From assembly GCA_963737065.1 (NCBI GenBank), contig CAVTRC010000001.1, positions 1,792,001-1,856,000 of the forward strand: DNA of 64,000 nucleotides. Direction: 5' to 3'. The notes beneath the pieces were generated by a model. The model searched no databases and was not told the origin of the DNA. It saw nothing but the letters and a program-made list of their open reading frames with translations. Both the position numbers and the translations under genes were made by a program. This document shows positions 49,943 to 60,201 of the stretch, in pieces (positions within the stretch are counted from its first letter, which is position 1; each line of letters starts with the position of its first letter). The DNA is from Candidatus Eremiobacteria bacterium. GTDB lineage: Bacteria; Vulcanimicrobiota; Vulcanimicrobiia; Vulcanimicrobiales; Vulcanimicrobiaceae.

Positions 49943-51285
49943 CGCTGCGCGCGATCGTTCTCGCGGCCGGTAAAGGCACGCGGATGAAGAGTGCAACGCC
50001 GAAGGTTTTACACGAGCTGTGCGGCCGGCCGATGCTGTGGTATACGATCTCCGCGCTGCGCCGTTCCGGTATAGTCGATATTCTCGTCGTGACGAACGAC
50101 GAGCTCGAACCGCGCATCGCGGAATTCGACGTACGCAGCGTCGTACAAAAAGAGCAACTCGGTACGGGGCACGCCGTGAAAGTTGCGCTCGATTCGCTTG
50201 ATGTCCAAAGCGGCGGCCGCATCATCGTCGCATACGGCGACATGCCGCTCATCACCGAAGAAATTTTCCGCGGCATGGTGGGCTCGCTCGAAGCGGATGG
50301 TGCGCCCGGCGCCGCAATGGCCCTTGTAACCGTGAAGATGCCGCTACCCTCGGGTTTTGGGCGCATCGTGCGCGAAGGACATGACGTAGAGCGTATCGTC
50401 GAAGTTCGCGATGCCTCGCCGCACGAGCTCGAGATCGATGAAATGAACGCCGGCATCTATGCGTTCGCCGAAGACGAACTTCGCGATGCCGTCGCCCAGT
50501 TGAAAGACGACAACGCGCAAAAGGAGTATTACCTCACGGACGCGGTCGAGTATTTCGTGCGACGGGGCAGGCGCGTGCGTCCCGTACTGTGCGGCGATCA
50601 TCTGCACGTGCTCGGGATCAACGATCGCGCGGAGCTTGCGCGCGCGCGCAAAGAGATGAACGCGCGCATTTGCGCGCAGCACATGCGCGACGGCGTAACG
50701 ATCGTCGATCCGGACACGACATATCTGGAGCCCGAACTGAAGATCGGCCGCGACACGGTGATTTATCCGGGCAGCAGCATCTCGCTGTTAAGCGAAATCG
50801 GGGAACGGTGCGTGATCGGTCCGCACACTCGCATTTCGGACGCGAAGGTCGGCAACGACGTGACGATTCGCGAAAGCGTTATCGCGGAAAGCGAGGTGGG
50901 CGACGAGTCGGCAATTGGCCCGTTCGCGCATATCAGAGCTCATTCGGTCCTGGACGGCGACAATCGCGTCGGTAACTTCGTTGAAGTCAAGAACGCGCAC
51001 TACGCGAAGGGCGCGAAATCGGCGCACTTGTCGTACCTCGGCGATGCGTCGATCGGGGAAGAAAGTAACATCGGCGCCGGCACGATCACGTGCAACTACG
51101 ACGGCAAAAAGAAAAACCGTACGACGATCGGAAAAAACGTGTCGATCGGCTCGAACACGTTGATCGTTGCGCCGCGCACGATCGGCGACGGCGCGCTCAC
51201 CGGTGCGGGTTCCGTGATCACGAAAGATGTGTCGCCGGGAGAGCGCGTAGCCGGAAATCCGGCGAAGGCTCTTCCGAAGAAGTAA
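49939..51285 (+). CDS. glmU: Bifunctional UDP-GlcNAc pyrophosphorylase/acetyltransferase
   Basis: LAAGKGTRMKS, EQLGTGHAV, NAQKEYYLTD, GNFVEVK, HLSYLGDA, GAGTITCNYDG. Confidence 0.98.
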   Translation: MTLRAIVLAAGKGTRMKSATPKVLHELCGRPMLWYTISALRRSGIVDILVVTNDELEPRIAEFDVRSVVQKEQLGTGHAVKVALDSLDVQSGGRIIVAYGDMPLITEEIFRGMVGSLEADGAPGAAMALVTVKMPLPSGFGRIVREGHDVERIVEVRDASPHELEIDEMNAGIYAFAEDELRDAVAQLKDDNAQKEYYLTDAVEYFVRRGRRVRPVLCGDHLHVLGINDRAELARARKEMNARICAQHMRDGVTIVDPDTTYLEPELKIGRDTVIYPGSSISLLSEIGERCVIGPHTRISDAKVGNDVTIRESVIAESEVGDESAIGPFAHIRAHSVLDGDNRVGNFVEVKNAHYAKGAKSAHLSYLGDASIGEESNIGAGTITCNYDGKKKNRTTIGKNVSIGSNTLIVAPRTIGDGALTGAGSVITKDVSPGERVAGNPAKALPKK

Positions 51286-51330
51286 CGCGGTTTCATCGCG
51301 CGAACGTCGTGCGCCGGAGGTTCCCTGCAC

Positions 51331-52371
51331 GTGACGTTTGGGGCAAGTTTGTTGCTCGTTCTTTCCGTTGCGCTCCCGTGGTACGCACCACCGTCGATTC
51401 GTGTCACGACGAGGCCGATTGTATTCAGGAACGCGGGCGCGACGTTACACGGCACGCTCTTTCTACCGGCGTCGAGGGTTCCGGTACCGGCGGTGATTGT
51501 GTTTCATGGCGCATCGGAGCCGCTGGCCGGTACGCCGTTGTATCGGCATCTCAGCGACGGACTTCCGCAGCTCGGGATTGCGGTACTCTTGTACGATCGC
51601 CGCGGAAACGGCGCATCGAGCGGATCCCCGGACGTTCCCTACGAGACGCTCGCCGACGATGGTATCGCGGCGGCGCGCATATTGCGCGCAATGCCGCAGA
51701 TCGACGCCAAACGCGTCGGCTATTGGGGTGTGAGTCAAGGTGGATGGCTCGCATCGTTTGCCGCTACCCGTGATCCGAATGCGGCCTTTGCGATCGCCGT
51801 GTCCGCTCCGTTGACGACACCCGAGTCGCAAATGGAATTTGCCGACACGAACCGCCTCGATGTTCTCGGATATTCGAGCGCGGATGTGAACGATATGCTC
51901 GCTGCTCGAAAGGCGTGGACCGGATACTTGCGCGGCGCGAATTCACGCGCGGACGCGGTCGCCGCGATCGCGAAGATCGAAAAGCGGCCATGGTATCAGT
52001 ACATGTACATGCCGACCGTCGCACAACTGAAGGGACCGTCGCAATCCGTATGGCGAACGCAGATGGATGACGACCCGATGGCCGTCGTGAGCCGCGTGAA
52101 AATTCCGATGCTCTTTATTCTGGGATCATCGGATCCGTGGATTCCGGTCGCCAAGACTGCGGCGGCGTTGAAAACTCTTGCTGCGACACACGCCAATATA
52201 CGGTATGCCGTCGTTCCGAACGCTAATCACTTGATGATGATACCGCCCGTGCCGGAACGGATGGCCGACGCAGGCCCCGATGCGGTAAACAGCGAGGTGC
52301 CGCAGTCAGCGACGTATTTCATGATGCTGGGAAGCTGGATCACGCGCGCGACCGCCATTTCGGCGCCGTGA
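51331..52371 (+). CDS. Exported alpha/beta hydrolase
   Basis: Signal peptide; YDRRGNGASSG; GVSQGGW; DPWIP; NANH. Confidence 0.88.
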   Translation: MTFGASLLLVLSVALPWYAPPSIRVTTRPIVFRNAGATLHGTLFLPASRVPVPAVIVFHGASEPLAGTPLYRHLSDGLPQLGIAVLLYDRRGNGASSGSPDVPYETLADDGIAAARILRAMPQIDAKRVGYWGVSQGGWLASFAATRDPNAAFAIAVSAPLTTPESQMEFADTNRLDVLGYSSADVNDMLAARKAWTGYLRGANSRADAVAAIAKIEKRPWYQYMYMPTVAQLKGPSQSVWRTQMDDDPMAVVSRVKIPMLFILGSSDPWIPVAKTAAALKTLAATHANIRYAVVPNANHLMMIPPVPERMADAGPDAVNSEVPQSATYFMMLGSWITRATAISAP

Positions 52372-52389
52372 TCCGTCGAGTCGACCTGC

Positions 52390-52450
52390 AACTAATTTAT
52401 TAGTTGACAACCAGCGTCCGGTTCGTTATGCTCTTAAACAATTAGTTTAA
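52390..52450 (+). promoter_or_regulatory. Sigma70 promoter with two palindromic operator candidates
   Basis: TTGACA(52404)-N17-TATGCT(52427); AACTAAT-TT-ATTAGTT at 52390-52405 and TTAAAC-AATTA-GTTTAA at 52434-52450. Confidence 0.75.
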
Positions 52451-52467
52451 CGGACTGGAGATTCCTT

Positions 52468-54528
52468 GTGCTTTCGATGCTCGTGCCCGTAACGCAAACG
52501 GCCCCGCCGCTGGCCCCGACCGCGACGGATCCGGGTTGGCCGGCGCCCGCAATTCCGCTCAAATGGGATGTCGCACATGGGCGGCCGGCGCAAGACCCCA
52601 CCACCGTGCACGTGACGACGGACGGGAACATGATTTACGTCCGCTTCGATGCGCAGCAAAGCAACCCCATTATCGCAACACAGCATGGCGACGACTTGAT
52701 CACCGGCGGAAGCAATGCGAACGGCGGGATCTCGTGGAGCGCAGACGATGCCGTGTGGATCGACTTGTGGCCGAACGGGCCCGGCGGTTTCGAATATCAA
52801 TTCGAGTCGAACCCCGCGGGCGCGCACAACGAAGCGTCTACGGAGAACGCGGCATTCGCTCCGTATTGGCAATCCCAGGGCAGCATCCACGGCAACAGCT
52901 ACACGGTCACGATGGCGATTCCGATGCGTGTGATTCACGGCGCGAAAGCGGGCGCGTGGCGTTTGCAGTTCGTTCGCTACGAACGCGCCAGTGGCGATCT
53001 CGACGTGTGGTCGTATGAGACGGCGCAGACGCAGCCGGACGACTCGGCTCGCGCCGGGAGCGTACAAATTCCGCTCGTCGCCAAAGCGCCCATTCCTAAA
53101 CCGCGCGCAGCGATTTACGGACTTGCGGCGGTCGTCTCACCGGCAATCGGTGGATCGACGTCGCGTATGGGCGCCGACTTTTCAATTCCCGTCACGCCGA
53201 CGGCCGCGTTCTTCGGCACATTCCATCCGGATTATTCCAATGTCGAACTCGACCAGCAATCGATTTCACCGACGGTTTATCAACGAACGTATAGTGAGGT
53301 TCGCCCGTTTTTCACGCAAGCTGCATCGTACTACAACAACTTCAATTGCAACGTCTGCAACGGTTTTCGCACAACGCTCTACACACCGGCAATTCCGACT
53401 CCGCGTGAAGGGTATGCGTTCGAAGGGAAAGATGGTCTCTTCGGGCTTGCCGCGTACGATGCGATTGGCGACCAGCGTACCGACATTGCGAGTGCGCTGA
53501 CATACACTTCGCCGGACACGCATTGGCAGGCGGCGGCGCAACATGTCGGCGCGAACCTTCCCGGCCTGGTCGATGACGCGAACGAAGTCGGCGTGAACTG
53601 GTATAACGGCCGTCACTTGAGCGCGTACGTCAATTATGCGACGGATCGCGGAACGAACGTGCTCGATCCCGGTCAAGGAAACTGGATCGACGCGGGCGGC
53701 GGTTGGGGCGATCAGCATTTCGCGCTTTACGGCTCGGTGCGCAGCGTCGGCACGTATTTCAACCCCGTCGACGGATTCGACTCGCATCCCGGTATCGCGG
53801 GCTATGGCCTCTACACCGCGCGCATCTGGACCTTCGCGGATAAGGACATCTTGCACTCGGCCGGCATCGATTTCTTCATGGATCGCTATCAAGGAACGCA
53901 GTACGGAGAAGCACAGAGCGACAACTCGGCGCTCTTGGATCTGCTGTTCAAGAACACGCTCGACGTGCAACTCTTCACGGGTTCGGATTATTGGCGGTTC
54001 GATCAAACGCTGACGCCGATCTCACAGAACGGCGGTTTCAGCGTTACGTATCACAGCGGCATGCAGAACAACGTGGGCAACTTCCCGTCGCACGGTGCGT
54101 CCTCGTACCCGACGCAGGTGCAATATTACACCGGACGCTACGGCCTGGGGCGGCTCGACACGTGGTTCCGTTCTTCCGTCCTACGGATGGGCGAGCGCGG
54201 TACAATCACGCTGACGCTTGACAATACATCGCAGTGGTATTCGCAGTTGCCAAACAACATTCAGTGGTTCGAAGGCATTGCTTACGCATATCAAATCACG
54301 CACAACTCATCGCTTGCGGTCGGCCTGCGCCGTATCGTCGGCTATCCCCCGCAGCCAAACGGCGGCGGTAACTGTGAAGGCGTTTGCTCGAACGTCTCGG
54401 TCGCGTATCATTTGCGATGGAAAAATTACGAGTTGTACGCCGCGTACGGTGACCCGAACGCGCTCATCACCGTTCCTCAGGCGATTTTCAAGCTGATCTT
54501 CTACGCGGGCAGCGAGAAGGGCACGTAG
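52468..54528 (+). CDS. Probable outer-membrane protein (CBM9-like N-domain plus DUF5916-like region)
   Basis: DGNMIYVRFDA, DDAVWIDLWP, YQFESNPAG, YTVTMAIP; HPDYSNVELDQ...YSEVRPFF; aromatic-rich beta strands; GGAG RBS. Confidence 0.65.
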   Translation: MLSMLVPVTQTAPPLAPTATDPGWPAPAIPLKWDVAHGRPAQDPTTVHVTTDGNMIYVRFDAQQSNPIIATQHGDDLITGGSNANGGISWSADDAVWIDLWPNGPGGFEYQFESNPAGAHNEASTENAAFAPYWQSQGSIHGNSYTVTMAIPMRVIHGAKAGAWRLQFVRYERASGDLDVWSYETAQTQPDDSARAGSVQIPLVAKAPIPKPRAAIYGLAAVVSPAIGGSTSRMGADFSIPVTPTAAFFGTFHPDYSNVELDQQSISPTVYQRTYSEVRPFFTQAASYYNNFNCNVCNGFRTTLYTPAIPTPREGYAFEGKDGLFGLAAYDAIGDQRTDIASALTYTSPDTHWQAAAQHVGANLPGLVDDANEVGVNWYNGRHLSAYVNYATDRGTNVLDPGQGNWIDAGGGWGDQHFALYGSVRSVGTYFNPVDGFDSHPGIAGYGLYTARIWTFADKDILHSAGIDFFMDRYQGTQYGEAQSDNSALLDLLFKNTLDVQLFTGSDYWRFDQTLTPISQNGGFSVTYHSGMQNNVGNFPSHGASSYPTQVQYYTGRYGLGRLDTWFRSSVLRMGERGTITLTLDNTSQWYSQLPNNIQWFEGIAYAYQITHNSSLAVGLRRIVGYPPQPNGGGNCEGVCSNVSVAYHLRWKNYELYAAYGDPNALITVPQAIFKLIFYAGSEKGT

Positions 54529-54544
54529 GCACGATCATCCGGAC

Positions 54545-54994
54545 CTATAGCGAGAACTTCAATGCCAGCACGCCGGCGGTTCCGCCGCCGGCCGCGGTGG
54601 TGTGATAGCCGCGCAGTTCGATTGTCGTCAATGGAGCGATGCGGTGATCGAGAAATGCCGTCAGCGTCCCGCCGGAGTGCGCGCCGCCGAATTGTCCGAA
54701 ACCGTACCCGACGCCGATCGCATTACCGCCGCCCGCGGCGAACGTTCCATCGAGCGTCACCGCATATCCGCCGCCGCGCGCAAGCGGTGCGAAACCCGTA
54801 ACCCCGACGCTTACCGGAATGACGGGAATGCTTGCGCCGGTACTCAGCAGTAAACCGGCGCCGGTTGCGCTCGAGCCGTTTCCGCCGCTCGTATACATGC
54901 CGCCTCCGATCGATCCTTGCGCGAATGCCGGTGCGGCCGTGAACGAGCATGCGAGCGAACATAACAGTACGGCGAACGAGGTTTTCAAACACAT
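54545..54994 (-). CDS. Small exported Gly-rich beta-strand protein
   Basis: Signal peptide ending AFA; alternating strands; C-terminal LKFSL. Confidence 0.6.
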   Translation of the reverse strand: MCLKTSFAVLLCSLACSFTAAPAFAQGSIGGGMYTSGGNGSSATGAGLLLSTGASIPVIPVSVGVTGFAPLARGGGYAVTLDGTFAAGGGNAIGVGYGFGQFGGAHSGGTLTAFLDHRIAPLTTIELRGYHTTAAGGGTAGVLALKFSL

Positions 54995-55050
54995 AACGCC
55001 GTCGATACTACCCAGAGCGGCTGAGATTACACTTGAACGCAATCGTTCCG

Positions 55051-56496
55051 TTACGGGCGCACTTCGATCAGTGTGTTTGCCAATCGTTTGAGTGCATCGA
55101 GCGTGCGCACGACATCATCGTCGGTCGTACGCTGGTTGACGATACAAACCCGAATTGCCCGCCGGCCGCCGATGGTCGTCGACGAAGTAACGGCTTCCCC
55201 GCTCTCCTGTAGGCGAATAACCAATTCATCGTTGAACGTGTCGATCTGCGATTCGCTCATGCCCGGGCGGCGATAGCGGAAGCAGACGATGTTGAGCTGG
55301 ACGGGCGCGAGCAGCTCGAAGCTGTGATCGCCGTCGACGAGGTCGGCGAGAAGCCGCGCTTGACGGCAGTTCTCTTCCATTGCGCGTCCGATGGCAAGCG
55401 AGCCATGTTCTTTCAGCGTAAACCAGACTTTGAGCGCGCGAAAACCGCGCGAAAGGTCGATCGTGAAATCGGTAAACCACGGCTGGCCGCTCGCAAGCCC
55501 GCGCGGCATGCGTGTGAGATAGTTCGGCGTCGATGCGAACGCCGAACGATGCAACCGCGGGTCGCGAACGATCAAGCAGCCGGCGTCGTACTGCACGTGA
55601 ATCCATTTGTGGAAATCGAATGCGATCGAATCGGCGCGTTCGATTCCGGAAAATCTCCGCGCGAGAACGGGCGACATCACGGCGGTTGCACCGAACGCGC
55701 CGTCGACGTGATACCACAGGCGCTCACGCGCCGCAAGGTCGGCGAGTTCGTTCAGCGGATCGATCGCGCCGACGTCCACTGTTCCCGCATTGCCGACGAT
55801 GAGAAACGGGCGATACCCGGCCGTGCGATCTTCGGCGATCGCCCGTGCGATAAGTGCGGGATCCACGCGATGCAGTGAATCGGCCGGCAACACACGCAGC
55901 GAATCGCTTCCGAGCCCCGCGACTTCGAACGCGCGCCGAACGCATCCATGCGTTGCAGACGACGCATAGCCGATCAATCGCCCTTCGTTCGTCACTCCGG
56001 TCGCGCGAACGTTCGGCACCGCCTGCATGCGAGCGGCGAGCACGGCGATCAGATTCGCCGCCGATGTTCCGACCGTGAGTACACCGCTCGCATCGGCTGG
56101 AAAGCCGAAGAGTTCGCAAAACCATCCGACGACTGCGCGTTCGACGAAGACCGCGCCGTGGTTGCGTCCGCCGACATTCGGATTCATCGCGGCTGCGAGC
56201 ATCTCGGCCAGCATGCCGGTCGGCGTGCCGGTTCCCTGCACCCAACCGAAGAACCGCGGGTGAATGTTTCCGCTGTTGTACGGAAAGATCGACGCAGCGA
56301 ATTGCCGGTAGACGTCCGCGAGCGGCGTCGGTTCGAGGGGCAACGGTTCGGCAAGCGCCGCCGCGACGTCGTCCGGCATCGGCTGCCAGGCGTTCTGCTC
56401 GCGCACGTGCTCCAGATAATCGATGGCATCGTCGAGCGCCGCATGGCTCAAGGCGCGAAACGCTGCCCAATCCTTTGGGTCCAGCACGGTGACCAT
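55051..56496 (-). CDS. PLP-dependent group II (aromatic amino acid-type) decarboxylase
   Basis: LDPKDW, HPRFFGWV, GTVDVGAID, HVDGAFG, DFHKW, LSRGFRALKVW. Confidence 0.93.
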   Translation of the reverse strand: MVTVLDPKDWAAFRALSHAALDDAIDYLEHVREQNAWQPMPDDVAAALAEPLPLEPTPLADVYRQFAASIFPYNSGNIHPRFFGWVQGTGTPTGMLAEMLAAAMNPNVGGRNHGAVFVERAVVGWFCELFGFPADASGVLTVGTSAANLIAVLAARMQAVPNVRATGVTNEGRLIGYASSATHGCVRRAFEVAGLGSDSLRVLPADSLHRVDPALIARAIAEDRTAGYRPFLIVGNAGTVDVGAIDPLNELADLAARERLWYHVDGAFGATAVMSPVLARRFSGIERADSIAFDFHKWIHVQYDAGCLIVRDPRLHRSAFASTPNYLTRMPRGLASGQPWFTDFTIDLSRGFRALKVWFTLKEHGSLAIGRAMEENCRQARLLADLVDGDHSFELLAPVQLNIVCFRYRRPGMSESQIDTFNDELVIRLQESGEAVTSSTTIGGRRAIRVCIVNQRTTDDDVVRTLDALKRLANTLIEVRP

Positions 56497-56551
56497 GTTC
56501 GTGTTGTTGTCCCGACGACCCGCGTCGCGGGCACTTCGATTGATTGCCAAG

Positions 56552-57655
56552 ATGACCGCGCTGCTCGTCGTTTCCGCATTAGCGATCGTCACTTCACTGT
56601 GCGCGATGTCGGCGTGGCGCGCGCACGCGCGCCTTCGAGATCGTCATCGGTACATCGACGCACTGCATGCCCGCGAAGAGTTTGTGCTCGAAGCGATGCG
56701 TGAATGTATGGACGCTTCCCGGGTTTCGTCCGACGAGGTGATCGAACGTTTATCGCAGGCCATTCGCCGGCGTCAACCGGAGATCGACGCCGTGCTCGCC
56801 TTCGCACCGCGCGGTGAAGAGCTTGCAGCATTTTACGCGCGAGGCCAGCGCGTCGAACACTTCGGGCACATGCGCTTACGCAGAGACACGGAAACGTTCT
56901 TGCCCGCACGCGCTGCGCTTGCGGGGCATCGTGCGGCCGGAAGTACGGGCGTCATCATTCCGACCGATCGCTATGCGCTTGCCGTGCCGATGCAAGACCG
57001 CGGCGAGTTGCACGCCGTCATCTATTGTTCGTCTACAAGCCTTTTAGGCATCGGACAAGAGGACGCGATCGTGCGAACGATCGAACACGCCGCATCGCCC
57101 TACGCGCTCGCAGTCGAACGCGAGAGCGATCGCGCTGATGCAACGTTCGACGGGTTGACCGGATTGCTTACGCCGCGCGCATTTCGTGAACGGTTACGAT
57201 GCGACGTCGCACGGTTGCATGTGCGCGCGCGCGGCGTGCTATCCTTGTGGTTCATCGATACGGATTATTTTAAGAGCGTGAACGATACGTACGGGCATGC
57301 TGTGGGCGATCGCGTGCTCCAGAAGATGGCGTCACTCCTTCGTGGACACATTATTGCGGATATCGACGTGGCCGCGCGCAACGGTGGAGACGAATTTTGC
57401 GCGATCGTCTACGACGTACAGAAGACCGTTGCGATCGAACGCGCGCAAGCGCTGTGTGACGCGGTGCGGCGCGCGGACTTCGGTGTTCCGTTACCGTTGA
57501 CGGCGAGCGTCGGTGTCGCGTCGCTTCCGTTCGATGCTGACGATCCAAGCGAATTGCTCGAGATCGCCGATGCAGCGATGTATCACAGTAAGCGTTCCGG
57601 CCGCGATCGCGTCTCGTTTGCCGTGAACGGGGCAAGCTTTTCGGTCTATCGGTAA
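56552..57655 (+). CDS. Membrane-anchored GAF-like/GGDEF diguanylate cyclase
   Basis: N-terminal TM; DGLTGL, DTDYFKSVNDTYGHAVGD, RNGGDEF, ADAAMYHSK. Confidence 0.92.
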   Translation: MTALLVVSALAIVTSLCAMSAWRAHARLRDRHRYIDALHAREEFVLEAMRECMDASRVSSDEVIERLSQAIRRRQPEIDAVLAFAPRGEELAAFYARGQRVEHFGHMRLRRDTETFLPARAALAGHRAAGSTGVIIPTDRYALAVPMQDRGELHAVIYCSSTSLLGIGQEDAIVRTIEHAASPYALAVERESDRADATFDGLTGLLTPRAFRERLRCDVARLHVRARGVLSLWFIDTDYFKSVNDTYGHAVGDRVLQKMASLLRGHIIADIDVAARNGGDEFCAIVYDVQKTVAIERAQALCDAVRRADFGVPLPLTASVGVASLPFDADDPSELLEIADAAMYHSKRSGRDRVSFAVNGASFSVYR

Positions 57656-57712
57656 CTCGCGAGTCGATATTGATTGAAGGCGAGGCGTCGGTCGCGTGCA
57701 ATTGTGCAGACC

Positions 57713-58891
57713 ATGTCTCCACGGCCGAATGCACTGGATCAAGCGGTCAACGCGCTCAGCGACGCGACGCTCCTCTCGCATCCGGCATCGACGCTCGTCG
57801 ATAGCGCACGCGCCGCCGCGGCGGACCGGCTGATCCATTTGATGCTCGGCGGCTGGTTTGTTACGTTCGCGTTGCAGATCGTCGTGCTCGCGTATTTTTG
57901 GCAGTCGGGGCTTGCCGCACGCGTGCGCGACCGGCTTCGCCGGCGTTTCCGTAACGAATTCGCCGTTCGGTTTTTCTTTGGTGCGGTGCTCGGGCTCGTC
58001 GGCCGCGTGGCCGGTCTGCTTCCCGATCTGTACATTTATCGCGTTCAGCGGACGATGGGCTTGAGCGATCAGCTGTTGCGCGCGTGGGCAGTTGACTGGA
58101 TTGCGAACACGATCGTCACCATGATCGTTGTCGGCATCGTCGTCGCGATCGCGCTGTGGCTCGTCGATCGAACGCATCAGTGGTACATCTACTTATTATT
58201 CGCGATCGTGATCGCGAGCGCGGGGCTCGCGTTCATTGCGCCGTACGTCGTCTTACCGCGATTCGGGCACTATGCCGACATTCCGGCGGAATACCAGGCG
58301 GATGCGGCGGCGTTGGAAGCGCGCGCGCACGTGAACGTACCGTTGCTGGAACACGTCAACGATCACACGCACTTAGGCGACGCGTACGTCGACGGACTGG
58401 GTCCGTCTCAGCGGATCATTATAAGCGACGCCGTCTTTCAAGCATCGTCGCGACGCGAGGTTCGCTACGCTATTGCGCGTGAACTGGGGTTTATCGCGAT
58501 CGGCGGGCCGTTGCGCATCGCGATTGCCGATGCAGTGTTCGTGATCATCGGCATCGCGCTTGCGGTCGCGATCGCCGATCGCATCGGATTTCGCCGGGAT
58601 GACGATCCGACGGTGCGCCTGGCGCTCGTGGGCGGCCTGCTCGGCGTCATGTATCTGGCGATCGTTCCGTTCAACAATACGATGCTGCGCTCGCTTTCGT
58701 GGGCGAGCGAAGAATACGCACTTACCGTGACCCAAGATCGCGCCGCCGCCGTACGAAGCATCGTGCGCAACGCCGATCAACGTCTCAACGCGGTGTGCGT
58801 CACGGGTGTCGCAGAAACATTTCGGCAAGAGGTTCAGGACCCGGCGCACGCGGTCGAGACCGCGAATCACGTACCGTCCGATTGCCGCTAG
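57713..58891 (+). CDS. M48/Ste24-like membrane protein lacking HEXXH
   Basis: Ste24-like TM layout; AYVDGLGPSQRIIISD; ARELGF in place of AHELGH. Confidence 0.78.
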   Translation: MSPRPNALDQAVNALSDATLLSHPASTLVDSARAAAADRLIHLMLGGWFVTFALQIVVLAYFWQSGLAARVRDRLRRRFRNEFAVRFFFGAVLGLVGRVAGLLPDLYIYRVQRTMGLSDQLLRAWAVDWIANTIVTMIVVGIVVAIALWLVDRTHQWYIYLLFAIVIASAGLAFIAPYVVLPRFGHYADIPAEYQADAAALEARAHVNVPLLEHVNDHTHLGDAYVDGLGPSQRIIISDAVFQASSRREVRYAIARELGFIAIGGPLRIAIADAVFVIIGIALAVAIADRIGFRRDDDPTVRLALVGGLLGVMYLAIVPFNNTMLRSLSWASEEYALTVTQDRAAAVRSIVRNADQRLNAVCVTGVAETFRQEVQDPAHAVETANHVPSDCR

Positions 58892-58894
58892 GGG

Positions 58895-59584
58895 CTAACC
58901 CGCGAGGAGCAATCCTCCGGTCACGCGGGTGCCCACGTGCTGAGCCGTTAGCACTTCGATGACCACCGCATGCGCGACGCGGCCGTCGACGATCTGCGCG
59001 GCCGGAATTCCGGCGCGTACGCCGAGTGCGGCGGCGCGGACCGCTGCCCGAAGATCCGGCGGCACACGCTGATCGTCTGCAAGCGCCAGCGCTTCGGCAG
59101 GCGTCAATTCCGCGATGAGCGCTTCGGTTTCAGGGTCCGTGACGCCGCCGTCGCGATGGAAGAAAACCGCGCGCGCCGCATGACAGGCGGTCGCAATAGC
59201 CGCCGCGACGTCGTCGGCGACGACAACCGTGTCGTCGCAATCGAAAACGGTGAACGCGGTCGGTTCAACGACGGGAATGAATCCCGCGCTCGTGAGCGTG
59301 TCGAGAATACGCGTTTGCACGGTGCCGATGCCGCGGGGTCCGTGCGGCAAAAGTGCCGCGTCCGATCCGCTCAACGCAACCGCGATATTCGTGCTCCGAT
59401 TGAACGTGCGAACGATCGTCCGCGCCGTCGCGCGATCGGGCGCTACGACGATCGGACGGAGCGATCGCTCCGCGAGCATGCGCAGATCGTCGATCAAGGT
59501 CGTGTGTTTGTCGCACGCCGTCGCTTCATCGACGCGCACGACAAACGCTTGTCCGCTGAAGTTGCTCGCCTGAATCACCTCCAA
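58895..59584 (-). CDS. Acetylglutamate kinase-like protein, degenerate
   Basis: AVALSGSDAAL, GFIPVV, ADDVAAAIA, IVDGRVAHAVVIEVLT...GTRV resemble ArgB; KxGG and HGGG absent. Confidence 0.72.
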   Translation of the reverse strand: MEVIQASNFSGQAFVVRVDEATACDKHTTLIDDLRMLAERSLRPIVVAPDRATARTIVRTFNRSTNIAVALSGSDAALLPHGPRGIGTVQTRILDTLTSAGFIPVVEPTAFTVFDCDDTVVVADDVAAAIATACHAARAVFFHRDGGVTDPETEALIAELTPAEALALADDQRVPPDLRAAVRAAALGVRAGIPAAQIVDGRVAHAVVIEVLTAQHVGTRVTGGLLLAG

Positions 59585-59611
59585 TCGAGGGCCTTTATCT
59601 CTGTATCGGTT

Positions 59612-60199
59612 CTACCCCGGCTTGCGTGAGAGCTTCCAGTTATTGACGAACTGCATCGCGGGCTCGATTCCTGAATCCAGCCAAAGCCGGGCACCCTCGA
59701 CTCCGGCATCGACGACAGCCGGAAGTTGCGCGCGTTCTTCTGCGCTGAACGGACTCAACACGTGATCGATCGTGTCGAACGCCGGCCGGCCGACGCCGAC
59801 GCGAATCCGCGGAAACTTCTCGCCGATCGTGGCGATCACCGAACGCAAACCGTTGTGGCCGCCGTGTCCACCGAACGGCCGCATTCGCAGCGTGCCAAAC
59901 GGCAAGTCCATCTCATCGACGATCACGAGCACGCTCTCGGCCGGCGTGCGATACCACGAGGAAATCAATCTCACAGGCGTTCCGCTCAAATTCATGAACG
60001 ACGTCGGTTTCACGAGCACGAGCCGGCGATTCGGATCGTACGCCTGCTCCGCGCTGTCTTTGCGCTTCCACGTCGCGATATGCAAACGGCGCGCAAGGTC
60101 GTCGACAACCATGAACCCGGCATTGTGCCGGGTTCGTTCGTATTCTCGTCCGGGATTTCCAAGCCCGACGATCAGCTTCGGCGGTGCTTGCTCCGCTAT
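59612..60199 (-). CDS. pth: Peptidyl-tRNA hydrolase, probable AUA start
   Basis: LIVGLGNPGREYERTRHNAGF, KPTSFMNLSG, GGHNGLRS, RIRVGVGRP; the frame extends 29 codons upstream of the ORF-track start. Confidence 0.96.
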   Translation of the reverse strand: MAEQAPPKLIVGLGNPGREYERTRHNAGFMVVDDLARRLHIATWKRKDSAEQAYDPNRRLVLVKPTSFMNLSGTPVRLISSWYRTPAESVLVIVDEMDLPFGTLRMRPFGGHGGHNGLRSVIATIGEKFPRIRVGVGRPAFDTIDHVLSPFSAEERAQLPAVVDAGVEGARLWLDSGIEPAMQFVNNWKLSRKPG

Positions 60200-60201
60200 C
60201 G

